The translations under genes and the position numbers were made by a program. Of a stretch of 64,000 bases of DNA, positions 19,240 to 28,237 are shown one piece after another (within the stretch, counting starts at the first letter, position 1; each line of letters begins with the position of its first letter). This DNA is from Promethearchaeia archaeon (GTDB taxonomy: Archaea; Asgardarchaeota; Lokiarchaeia; Sigyniarchaeales; SOKP01), in assembly GCA_029856125.1 (NCBI GenBank), contig JAHQWJ010000134.1, forward strand, positions 21,783 through 85,782. The letters are read 5' to 3'. The notes below the pieces were generated by a model, which searched no databases, had not been told where the DNA came from, and saw nothing but the letters and a program-made list of their open reading frames with translations.

Positions 19240-20598
19240 CTAATATTTAAACATTTCCATAAAGGCACCGAGTCTGGTCTTCACTTGTTCTACATTGTCG
19301 CCAATTTTATTGAATGTAATTGCTGTAATCGGTATTTCAAGTTCTCGTCTTACTTTCTCTCTTAACATCGCATAGCAATTTGAGATAGAATGGCACCCAA
19401 ATAATTGAAAGAATACTATACCATCTGCATTTAAATCCGATGCCATTCTCAAATAAGAATCTGTTAATTTGTCATTATCGCAACCTATTCCTGTTTCTGT
19501 AGCTCTCATAAGAAATCGAGCGTATTCTTCTGAAGGATTCGTGTGTGATCCGGTCGGTATTTCTTCTAAGAATTTTAATAACTCCCAATCAGCGTATAAA
19601 GCTCTCCCTCCTAACTCATAAAGAATCTCGTGCGTTTTTGGTTCCCATCCTCCGAACATTGGGGTCACGAAAATCCTAGGCATTTTTGACACATCCATAC
19701 CAATTCCATTTCTAATTCTTTCCCTCATTTCTTTTTCGAGCGCTACTATGTTGTCTCTGTATCGGGTCGCATTAGAATTATAATCTTGAAAGGTTATACT
19801 TAGCAGTGCCATAATTTCACTGAAAGTTGCAGGGTTACAAGGATAAAAATCAGAAGCACTTATGTCGTAAATAATGTTCTTATACGACCTTTTTATTTGA
19901 TTTCCTATTTTAAAATGTTCTCTTAAGTCATTATCTGTTATGCTATTACCTGTCAGCTTCTCGAATTCGTTTAGGGCGTTTGAAATATTATCGGTAAGTA
20001 ATTCAATTGAGTTTCCCAAATTTCTCGGTGGAATATCAATCCAGATTTGGCTTGGCTTTTCATTAATTGACTTCAAAGACTCTAAATATTTATTATACGC
20101 ACTACAACGAATTGTAACATTTAAACAAGCATCAACATTTCGACCTTTAGTGACATGCATACCAACTAAACTCTTTAATCCGTAACAGAAGTCACTTGAA
20201 ATTCCATTTTCAATTCCAACATCATACATTTCGTTGTATTTTACATTAATAGTGTCAATTACATTCTCTATAATATCGTCGACGATTTTACTAACTTCAT
20301 TTATGCCCAGATTTTTAATAAAGCTTAGAAAATTCGAAACATTCTTCCACCCAAAAATACTAGATGCAGAACCTAAGTAAGAAAGATATTGGCTTATTTC
20401 AAATTTATGCATCCTTATTGGAAAAACTGGCACCGTGCCAGCAGCAAAAGCTAAATCCGAAAACGGCAAAGTAACAGCTACTAATTTTTCTTTTTCTCGA
20501 AATTTCTTCCTTTTTAGGTAATTTCGCCCATTTAACAGATTGTAAGCCATACGTAATACTGAACTGAAAGTTATAATCTCATCGGCAATTAAACTCAT
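19240..20598 (-). CDS. 2-hydroxyacyl-CoA dehydratase family subunit (alpha-type)
   Basis: DFCYG, IRCS and FGCH Cys motifs; C-terminal QVKTRLGAFMEM is typical of the HGD-D family; operon with the activator. Confidence 0.88.
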   Translation of the reverse strand: MSLIADEIITFSSVLRMAYNLLNGRNYLKRKKFREKEKLVAVTLPFSDLAFAAGTVPVFPIRMHKFEISQYLSYLGSASSIFGWKNVSNFLSFIKNLGINEVSKIVDDIIENVIDTINVKYNEMYDVGIENGISSDFCYGLKSLVGMHVTKGRNVDACLNVTIRCSAYNKYLESLKSINEKPSQIWIDIPPRNLGNSIELLTDNISNALNEFEKLTGNSITDNDLREHFKIGNQIKRSYKNIIYDISASDFYPCNPATFSEIMALLSITFQDYNSNATRYRDNIVALEKEMRERIRNGIGMDVSKMPRIFVTPMFGGWEPKTHEILYELGGRALYADWELLKFLEEIPTGSHTNPSEEYARFLMRATETGIGCDNDKLTDSYLRMASDLNADGIVFFQLFGCHSISNCYAMLREKVRRELEIPITAITFNKIGDNVEQVKTRLGAFMEMFKY

Positions 20599-21734
20599 TT
20601 CATCATCTCCAAATACGCTTCTATTCTTGTAGATAATTGACCACGGTTAGCTCTGGAATAATCTCTTTCTAAATTTAGTACTTGAATCCCTTTTTCTTGT
20701 AATGCATCTTTTAAGAAAGACGACATTAGCGAAATATGATCACAAAACTTTATTATATGATTGATGACACCTAACTTTCTACCTTTATTTTTTGTGTAAT
20801 TTTCAGAATATTTCTGTATAACTGATACTTTCTGTTTAAGAAAGTCAGGTACGCTATGGTCACCATAAATATTATTTTTAAACCTAAGAACTAACAAATC
20901 CAAAGGATCTTTCTTTATGTCCATGTGATTGCTCTCAATAACTTGCGAATAATAATGGTTCCCAATCCAAGTATCAAAAAAAACAATGTTACCTCCCCCC
21001 TCCTCAATCAAGTCTATCATATTATCATTAATAAAGATTGAGCAACCAGTAAGTAAAACGTCTTTAGATGTATTAGAAACGGGTTGAGGAGTGTCTTTAA
21101 ATTTTTGAATCAAATTCTCTAAATCGTGAAGAAAATCTGGTCCAAATAGCATTGATTTATGAATTAATTTCAATCTTTCCGAGCCTCGCATTTCCAGCTC
21201 ATTGATTTCTAATAATTTTTTTTTGAAATTATTGAATTTTAATATGCTGTTATAAATATCCTCATCAGGTATTTTTCTATCCAAAATAGCTTCAAGTTGA
21301 TTTCTAAAGTCTTGCAATTCGAGCTTAAAATATTTCAGGCTGTTTTCGTTCATTGTATAAGGAACATAAAAATTCAAACGAGGAATATTAAAGTATTTGG
21401 AAATGATTTCTGAAACGCAAATATCTGATACGCAGTGATTGGAAACTATAATGTAATCAACCAATTCCAAAAACTTGTAGTAGTTTGGTTTAATTGAAAA
21501 TAATCCAATACACGATTGTGCAAATGCACACATGGATGGAGGTAAATAATCGTGACTCGCGTCCATTAGTTCATCGTTCCCTCCAAAGATTAACTTTAAG
21601 GGAAAAAAACCAGCAGCATCAATCAATTCCTCAGGAATATTATCGTGAGCTAGGTAAGCGATAATTTTGATCCCTTCCTGTTTTTTTTCTTTTAGGAAGA
21701 GGTTGAAGTCAGATAGTAGATTAGAGTCATCCAT
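20595..21734 (-). CDS. 2-hydroxyacyl-CoA dehydratase family subunit (beta-type)
   Basis: IPEELIDAAG, SMCAF, KFCD and GQLSTRIEAYLEM motifs. Confidence 0.9.
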   Translation of the reverse strand: MDDSNLLSDFNLFLKEKKQEGIKIIAYLAHDNIPEELIDAAGFFPLKLIFGGNDELMDASHDYLPPSMCAFAQSCIGLFSIKPNYYKFLELVDYIIVSNHCVSDICVSEIISKYFNIPRLNFYVPYTMNENSLKYFKLELQDFRNQLEAILDRKIPDEDIYNSILKFNNFKKKLLEINELEMRGSERLKLIHKSMLFGPDFLHDLENLIQKFKDTPQPVSNTSKDVLLTGCSIFINDNMIDLIEEGGGNIVFFDTWIGNHYYSQVIESNHMDIKKDPLDLLVLRFKNNIYGDHSVPDFLKQKVSVIQKYSENYTKNKGRKLGVINHIIKFCDHISLMSSFLKDALQEKGIQVLNLERDYSRANRGQLSTRIEAYLEMMK

Positions 21735-21846
21735 AGTTATTAAGTCAGCTGTTTAACAGTATTAGTCAGAAAAAGATTAATTCTTTTTAATCTTTTTCCG
21801 ATTTAAAATATAGATAACAATATTAAATTATAAGAATATTTCTCAT

Positions 21847-22626
21847 CTATTGCGAGTTATTCGCTTCTGCGATTAAAGCAGCACCGATAGCACCTGTTAA
21901 TTGGGGAAAATCAGGCGTTTCAACTTCATAACCAAGTTCGTCCTCAAGATATTTTTTCACAGCAGGGTTTTTTGCTACTCCACCACAAAAAACTAATTGT
22001 TGTCCCACTCCGATACGTTTAGCCATTCCAGCAACTCTTCTCGCAATTGATCTATGAATACCGCTGGCAATTTCTTCTTTAGAAGCGCCCCTCGCAAACA
22101 AACTAATAACTTCACTCTCAGCAAAGACCGTACATGTGGAACTTATTGAAGCCGATTTGTTAGATCTTAAAGCCAAATCTCCAAATTGGTCAATAGGAAC
22201 CTCCAAAGCGTGTGCCATAACTTCTAAAAATCTTCCCGTTCCTGCCGCACACTTATCGTTCATTTGAAAATCGACGACATTTCCCGTTTTCTTAGATATT
22301 ACAATAGCTTTACTGTCTTGGCCACCAATATCAATAACGGAATGTACGTCTGGGAAGAAGTATTGCGTTCCTTTAGCATGAGCAGTAATTTCAGTTACCC
22401 GATCGTCAGCTATATCGATCGTATTCCGGCCATAACCGGTACTCATGACGAATACATCAGATTTTTTCAAATCGTTTTTCTCCAATAAGTCGTCGAATAA
22501 ATTATGACCGATCTTTTTAAAATCATAAGTGGAGCGTTCTGTGCGGTGATCTATCATCTTTCCTTCGCCGAGTAAAACGATTTTTGTGGCAAGAGAGCCA
22601 ATATCAATTCCTATAAAAGTTTTCAA
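21847..22626 (-). CDS. hgdC: 2-hydroxyacyl-CoA dehydratase activator (HgdC / BadF-BadG-BcrA-BcrD ATPase)
   Basis: GIDIGS, TGYGR, DIGGQDSK, MNDKCAAGTGRFLE, STCTVFAESEV and GGVAKN motifs. Confidence 0.93.
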   Translation of the reverse strand: MKTFIGIDIGSLATKIVLLGEGKMIDHRTERSTYDFKKIGHNLFDDLLEKNDLKKSDVFVMSTGYGRNTIDIADDRVTEITAHAKGTQYFFPDVHSVIDIGGQDSKAIVISKKTGNVVDFQMNDKCAAGTGRFLEVMAHALEVPIDQFGDLALRSNKSASISSTCTVFAESEVISLFARGASKEEIASGIHRSIARRVAGMAKRIGVGQQLVFCGGVAKNPAVKKYLEDELGYEVETPDFPQLTGAIGAALIAEANNSQ

Positions 22627-22706
22627 TTTTAATCAAATAGAATTTATTATTTTTGTAAAGGAATTGTTTTAAAAATTTTAATTTTTCGATAATATTAGAT
22701 AATTTT

Positions 22707-23429
22707 TTAATCTAACAGAAGCATTGAAACTATTATAGTGAGACCAAAAGCGCCTAGCATTTTAAGAACATTTTTCCACAATGATTCTCGAGAAATGAAA
22801 CCTACAAAAATACCCAGAAGAACAATGCATATAAAAACAATTAAAAAAGAATAGATGAAGAAAATAAATGTTGCTTTTAGAGTAAAAAAAAACGGAATTA
22901 ATGGAACAATTCCACCAAAAAGCGGTGCACTTCCATTTACTAACGATACAACTATGCTAGCAAATCTTTCTGCCTTTTTTTGCAATGTCTTTGTTTTTCT
23001 TCTCTTATTCTTAGATTTTTCTAAATCTAGATTTTTTATTAGGGTTTCATCATTAAATTCAACCGTTAGCATGGCTTTCTCGATTTCTTTGCTATCAAAT
23101 AACTTATCTTCCACTTCTTTTTCTTCTTCTTCCTTCAATATTACCATAGCCTTATCTAACTCTGATTTCAATCTCTTCTGTTCTGCTTTTTCAGATATGT
23201 ATGAACCACTTGATCCCGACATAAACATTGAAATTGATGTTGCGAGCCCTGTTAATAATACAATATGACTATCTACAGTTTGTTGTCCGTCTTTAAATAT
23301 TAGTATAAAAAATCCTAATAAAATACCAATTACAGTTAACATTCCGTCGTAAAAGTTATTTACAAAATAACGACGAGCGATAGATACAAAATCAGTAATT
23401 TTAGCGTATGTTTTAAATTTTTCTATCAT
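22707..23429 (-). CDS. VIT1/CCC1 family membrane protein
   Basis: RRYFVNNFYDG, GSYISEKAE and GGIVPLIPFF motifs; multiple TM helices. Confidence 0.85.
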   Translation of the reverse strand: MIEKFKTYAKITDFVSIARRYFVNNFYDGMLTVIGILLGFFILIFKDGQQTVDSHIVLLTGLATSISMFMSGSSGSYISEKAEQKRLKSELDKAMVILKEEEEKEVEDKLFDSKEIEKAMLTVEFNDETLIKNLDLEKSKNKRRKTKTLQKKAERFASIVVSLVNGSAPLFGGIVPLIPFFFTLKATFIFFIYSFLIVFICIVLLGIFVGFISRESLWKNVLKMLGAFGLTIIVSMLLLD

Positions 23430-23545
23430 TCTGTTTTAACTTTAATAAGATTTAAGCTATTTTTTATGAATTTATTTGTAAGTTTTTTTCGAAATATTTT
23501 TTCTATTCTTAACTTTTTCATATTTTATTTTAGTTGAAGGCTAGA

Positions 23546-24322
23546 TTAAGTAGGAATTACTAATTGTAACAATAGAGAAACTAGTAATGTCACAATACCC
23601 GCTGTAACTAAATGTATTGCGTACTTAGCATGACCCCCGCCAGAGATTTTTCCTAAAAAAATACCTAAATAAATCAATATTGCTGTCAAAACTCCATAAG
23701 AAAATAAGAAATGGAATATAGATAAGGTATCTCCAAAGAAAAACGGAATCAAAGGAAGTACTGATCCTAAAACAGGAGCTCCCCCGTCTACTAAAGATGC
23801 AACAATGGTGGCAAATCTTTCTGATTGTTCGATTATTGAAGTATTATTATTTTTATTATTATTATTTTCCTTTAAAGATTTTTTATTATTAGAATGAGTC
23901 AAATGCATGGGTGTTATCATTGCTTTTTGAATATCTTGTTCTTCTAACATTTCTTTCTCTTTATCGTTAAGACCATTATTCTCTATATTATTTGTATTAT
24001 CTTTCTTTTCTTCTTCAAAAATTACCATATCTTTTTTTAGATCACTCATTTTTTTCTTTCTTTCGGCTTCCTCAGAAAGAAAAGCGCCCCATAAACCACT
24101 AATACCAATTGCTACAGCAGTGGAAAAACCCGTTATTATAATAATGGCTGAACTTACAATTTCTGGATTTGGGAGAAATATTATAAAACTCCCACTAACA
24201 ATACCTGCACAAGTTAGCGCCCCATCAAAGGCATTGTTAAAAAATTTACGGCGAACTATTATTCCTAAATTTGATAGTTCAGAATATTTGCGCCACTTTT
24301 CAATTAAAGATTTTAATTGCAT
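23546..24322 (-). CDS. VIT1/CCC1 family membrane protein (paralogue)
   Basis: RRKFFNNAFDG, GAFLSEEAE and GSVLPLIPFF motifs. Confidence 0.85.
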   Translation of the reverse strand: MQLKSLIEKWRKYSELSNLGIIVRRKFFNNAFDGALTCAGIVSGSFIIFLPNPEIVSSAIIIITGFSTAVAIGISGLWGAFLSEEAERKKKMSDLKKDMVIFEEEKKDNTNNIENNGLNDKEKEMLEEQDIQKAMITPMHLTHSNNKKSLKENNNNKNNNTSIIEQSERFATIVASLVDGGAPVLGSVLPLIPFFFGDTLSIFHFLFSYGVLTAILIYLGIFLGKISGGGHAKYAIHLVTAGIVTLLVSLLLQLVIPT

Positions 24323-24509
24323 TTTTGTTAAAAAACACCGTTATATTTTTTTTCTTAAAATAGAAAGTTTATCTAATTTTTAAAGATAAGGTGTACTCCC
24401 TTATATTATTTATAAATGCTTGAAGCTAATAATCTTTTTTAGTTAAATAATGTTAATTTAATTTAATCATATTATATTCTTAAATATATAAAATTTAGTG
24501 ATTTTCTAA

Positions 24510-25157
24510 ATGTCATCATCAGCGAGAAAGGTTAAAGAAGAAATAATCACGCTACTCATAGAGCATTCAAGAATAATATATAGCGTTACAAGTGATATGG
24601 CCGTATATTACTCTACTTGGGCAGAAGATTTCGAGAATAATAAAAAAACCTTAGAAAAGAAGAAGACTAAGATGCAGTTATCTGAAGAAGAAGGTGATGA
24701 ATTAAAAATCCGTCTCATTAAAAATTTTTCTGAAGCACAGGCATTTAAGATGGGAGCTTACGTAAATTTAGTTTTAAGGATGGATAATATTATAAATTAC
24801 CCTCTTGAATTTGTTGATATGTTAGGGAATATCAACTTAAAAGAGAAAGAAGAAAAAGAAATTAAGAAGAAATACCACAAACTATTGAACCAGGTAATTG
24901 AGATGGTTGATATTTTAAAAACTACTTTAAAAAATTTGAGAGATAAGCCAGATATAGTCTTTGATAACACTACTTCTATTCACGAGCTTGAATCAAAAAT
25001 AGATAAAACATACAGACAATTTCTTGAATTCATATATACTAATGTTGAAGACTTTAGAACATTATTAAGGGTTAGAGATTCGATCGTGCTCTTAGAACAA
25101 ATGGCTGACAGAGTGCACGATATAGCTGATATGTTGAGAGTTCTTTTATATCAGTAA
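24510..25157 (+). CDS. DUF47 / PhoU-like phosphate transport regulator family protein
   Basis: Two helical repeats with EEEGD...D and ELESKID...EQMADRVHDIAD patterns. Confidence 0.8.
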   Translation: MSSSARKVKEEIITLLIEHSRIIYSVTSDMAVYYSTWAEDFENNKKTLEKKKTKMQLSEEEGDELKIRLIKNFSEAQAFKMGAYVNLVLRMDNIINYPLEFVDMLGNINLKEKEEKEIKKKYHKLLNQVIEMVDILKTTLKNLRDKPDIVFDNTTSIHELESKIDKTYRQFLEFIYTNVEDFRTLLRVRDSIVLLEQMADRVHDIADMLRVLLYQ

Positions 25158-25344
25158 TTCTATCTTTTTTTCAAGAGAAAATTTTCTTCGAAGTTGAATT
25201 TATACGAAGATTTTTAAGATTAAATCTTACCTATAGGAAAAATAGCTAAGTTTATTCCCTATAATAGTAAAGTTTATACGTAAAACCTTATTATTGTTTT
25301 TTAAAATATTATTAATAAAGCAATAGATCACACAAGTAAAAGTA

Positions 25345-25716
25345 GTGAACAATTTGAATGGAAAAAGAAAATTTTACGTATTACTCGGATTATTTCAATT
25401 GGTTCTGGTGTTAACTGTATTTCTATCAGTCGATGGCGTTATTACTTTAGTAGCTGCTCAAACTGAGAGTTTTGATTATTACAATTCTCCAACTGCAGCA
25501 GTATTAGCTCTTTCAGCTGCAATCTCTCTTGCTGCTTCTGTTTTAGGAAGTGCAATGGCAATTAGAACTGTAGGTACAGCAGCTATTTCATCGTTATCTG
25601 AAAGGGAAGAAAGCTTTTTTAAAGCATTTTTAATCGTTGCGTTATGTGAAGCTCTAGCAGTATATGGTTTAATCGTAGCAATACTACTTTGGACAAAAAT
25701 CCCTACTCCGATCTAA
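25345..25716 (+). CDS. atpK: A/V-type ATPase proteolipid subunit K (c) with an extra N-terminal hydrophobic segment
   Basis: Hydrophobic hairpin with the conserved Glu in ALCEALAVYGL; first gene of the ATPase operon. Confidence 0.9.
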   Translation: MNNLNGKRKFYVLLGLFQLVLVLTVFLSVDGVITLVAAQTESFDYYNSPTAAVLALSAAISLAASVLGSAMAIRTVGTAAISSLSEREESFFKAFLIVALCEALAVYGLIVAILLWTKIPTPI

Positions 25717-25742
25717 AATTATTGATTTTAAATTCGTTCGTT

Positions 25743-25748
25743 AGGTGA
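25743..25748 (+). promoter_or_regulatory. Shine-Dalgarno-like AGGTGA, 7 nt before the proposed ACG start of atpC
   Basis: Sequence reads ttAGGTGAtttctgtACGagt. Confidence 0.5.
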
Positions 25749-25755
25749 TTTCTGT

Positions 25756-26811
25756 ACGAGTATAATTATTCCCTCATATGCATATACCTTTATCAAGATA
25801 GATTTTTTAAAACATCTAATTATTGATAGGAATACATTAGGAAAATTTAAAACAATATATAATATCGAAAATTTTATCGAAAATCTCACACCTTATTATC
25901 CGAATTTAGAGATTAAAGAATTTACGATTGAAGCTATAGAAAGTGCTCTTTTAGATCACTATATTCGATTAGTCGGTAAAATAATGCATTTTTCTCCACA
26001 AAATATGAGAACTTTTTTAGAAAGTTATTTGCTTAAGTTTGAAATTCAAAATCTCAAACAAATTGTTATCGGATTAATTCTAGGTATGAGTTATGAGGAG
26101 AAAAAGAAGAATATTAATTTTTTAGTGGAGACCTATTTAGAAAATACTGAATTCATTGAGAAAATGTTAAAATTCACAAATTTAGATGAAGTTCAATTAT
26201 TTTTGAAAAAAACAATATACAACATCCCGATTAGAGAAGGACTTCTTTATTTAAAAAAAAAAAGAGAGATATTTGTGTTAGAAGCGTTTTTGGATAAATT
26301 ATATTATACTCACCTTAGAACCCAAGTTAAACGGTTAAATAAGAAAGAGGAAATAATGATTTCATTACTTATTCAATACAAAACTGAAGTTTATAATCTA
26401 AATGTGATTTACAGAGGAATTAAAAATAATATTGATCGTAAATTATTATCACAGTTTCTAGTAGACAATTATCTATTTCTAAATGAGGGTATACTCAATT
26501 CTTTGTTAAATCTCCCTAATGTTGATGAATTTATGTCAAACATCACCTATTATTTAAATACCACTCTAGAAGCAAAACAATTATTTCTTAAGTTAAATCT
26601 TAATAAAAAACATATTATTAGATCAATAGAAGAATTTTATTTCACTTACTATTTCAAGAAATTTGAATTAAAAGTTGACGATATAGATATGTTCACTATT
26701 TCCAAAATTATAGAAGTAATTATAAAAAAAGAAAAAGAAATTAAGTTTGACATTTTACCGAGAGTTATTAAAATCGTTCATAAAAAGTTTAAGATGTTAA
26801 AAAAACTGTAA
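25756..26811 (+). CDS. atpC: A/V-type ATPase subunit C (d); probable start at ACG 25756 (track start ATG 25984)
   Basis: The frame is open 76 codons upstream of the ATG and includes the N-terminal SYAY motif; this gives 351 aa, the typical length. YLLKFEIQNLK and LEAFLDKLYY motifs; operon position. Confidence 0.82.
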   Translation, partial: TSIIIPSYAYTFIKIDFLKHLIIDRNTLGKFKTIYNIENFIENLTPYYPNLEIKEFTIEAIESALLDHYIRLVGKIMHFSPQNMRTFLESYLLKFEIQNLKQIVIGLILGMSYEEKKKNINFLVETYLENTEFIEKMLKFTNLDEVQLFLKKTIYNIPIREGLLYLKKKREIFVLEAFLDKLYYTHLRTQVKRLNKKEEIMISLLIQYKTEVYNLNVIYRGIKNNIDRKLLSQFLVDNYLFLNEGILNSLLNLPNVDEFMSNITYYLNTTLEAKQLFLKLNLNKKHIIRSIEEFYFTYYFKKFELKVDDIDMFTISKIIEVIIKKEKEIKFDILPRVIKIVHKKFKMLKKL

Positions 26812-26863
26812 ATTTGATGGTTACTATAATATCTATAAGAATTAAGAGAATGAGATTAAAATA

Positions 26864-27175
26864 ATGGAAATTTTTAAGTGGGTTGAAGAAATCGAAAAAA
26901 TTTACGATGATTTAATCGAGAAAGCCAAAGACGAGAGTTTAGGGGAGATTACGAAAGTTCAATCTTCTCAGGCAAAAATCATGGAAGAAATGATTTATAA
27001 AAATCAAGAAAATCTTAAGATTGCTTTAACTAAGGTTTCGAAAGAGGTAAGAGGAAAGTCGGAAGAATTTGAAGTATTATTAAAAGATTTATGTGTTAAA
27101 ATAGAACGCTATTATCTTGAAAATAAAAAGGGTTTAACAAATTTACTAATTGAGAAAATAGGATTTGAATTTTAA
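26864..27175 (+). CDS. atpH: A/V-type ATPase subunit H/G (peripheral stalk)
   Basis: 103-aa charged helical protein (EEIEK..D.LIEKAK) within the operon. Confidence 0.7.
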   Translation: MEIFKWVEEIEKIYDDLIEKAKDESLGEITKVQSSQAKIMEEMIYKNQENLKIALTKVSKEVRGKSEEFEVLLKDLCVKIERYYLENKKGLTNLLIEKIGFEF

Positions 27176-27492
27176 TGGTAGATGCTAAAGTATATGTTTT
27201 AGGGTATGACGAAGTCGTAAGTATGTTCGGGCTCTTAGGAATCGAAGGTGAAGTGGTAAAACATAAAGACGATTTCCTTCGAACTTTTCAAAATGTAATA
27301 AAAAGACGATCAATTGTAATGATAATTATAAACATGGAACTACCAGATGATATTCTTGAATATTTAATTGATTTTAAAATGAACAATAGAACGCCATTTC
27401 TCTATATTTTACCGGATATTTTCAATTCGGATATTAAAAACCACGATAAAATATTTGATATAATTCATGAATTAATAGAAGATATTATTTAA
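27175..27492 (+). CDS. atpF: A/V-type ATPase subunit F
   Basis: VYVLGYDEVVSMFGLLGIEG and ILPD motifs; ~105 aa. Confidence 0.88.
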   Translation: MVDAKVYVLGYDEVVSMFGLLGIEGEVVKHKDDFLRTFQNVIKRRSIVMIIINMELPDDILEYLIDFKMNNRTPFLYILPDIFNSDIKNHDKIFDIIHELIEDII

Positions 27493-27508
27493 TGATAGGT
27501 GATGAGCA

Positions 27509-28237
27509 ATTAGCGAAGGAAAAGAATTGAAGGAGAGGTTTGGAAAATTAGGGTTACATTTAATTGATCAAGCTGAAAATGATATAAAAAATATAAACCA
27601 ACAGACTCTCTTTCAAATAGCAGAAATTAAAAAAAAGAATCGGGATCGAGCCGAAGAAAGCTTGTTAAAAATGAAAGAGCATTTTAACGAGACCTTTAAT
27701 AGATTATTAAACAATTCTCTCTCTTCGTCTCTTATAAAAATTAAAGAAGAGATACTAAAATCTAAAAATAAGTTGATGGCAGAACTTATTTCAGATTTAA
27801 CCAATTTAATCGAAAAAAAAATCAATGATAATTACTCAAATTATACCGATTTTTTACTAAAATCTCTTAAAAACATAGCATATGTTGTTGATAAACCGCC
27901 GGAGATTATTATTACTTTAAATTCAAGAGATTACGAGTTCTTTAATAGTAATAAGGATAAAATAGAGAAAATTTTTAAAAATAACATCAAGTTAAATAAA
28001 TCAGAGAAGGATTTTACCGGGGGGTTTATTTGTACAGTACCAGCAGTTAATATCTCGTACAACGATACCATAGAAAATCAGTTAAAGAAGAACACATCAA
28101 TCATAGAAATCGAATTTTCAAAGATTTTTTCTGAATCTGAAACTGATATCAAGCAGTTAGAAAATTTCTATTTAAAATTTATTCAAAATCAAAGACAGTT
28201 AATAAATAATTACTTACAAGATTATGAACGAATCTGA
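27509..28237 (+). CDS. atpE: A/V-type ATPase subunit E; start ATT 27509 (SD-supported) or TTG 27527
   Basis: Coiled-coil N-half and a C-terminal GGFIC...YNDTIE motif; operon position. Confidence 0.82.
   Translation: MSEGKELKERFGKLGLHLIDQAENDIKNINQQTLFQIAEIKKKNRDRAEESLLKMKEHFNETFNRLLNNSLSSSLIKIKEEILKSKNKLMAELISDLTNLIEKKINDNYSNYTDFLLKSLKNIAYVVDKPPEIIITLNSRDYEFFNSNKDKIEKIFKNNIKLNKSEKDFTGGFICTVPAVNISYNDTIENQLKKNTSIIEIEFSKIFSESETDIKQLENFYLKFIQNQRQLINNYLQDYERI

Noticed and set aside
23840-23870. (TTA)n-like tract
   Set aside because: It encodes the Asn-rich loop of the VIT1 protein; ordinary low complexity.
25756-25758. C-to-U RNA editing creating AUG from ACG
   Set aside because: It cannot explain the ATT cases and has no support from DNA alone; kept only as a control to test.
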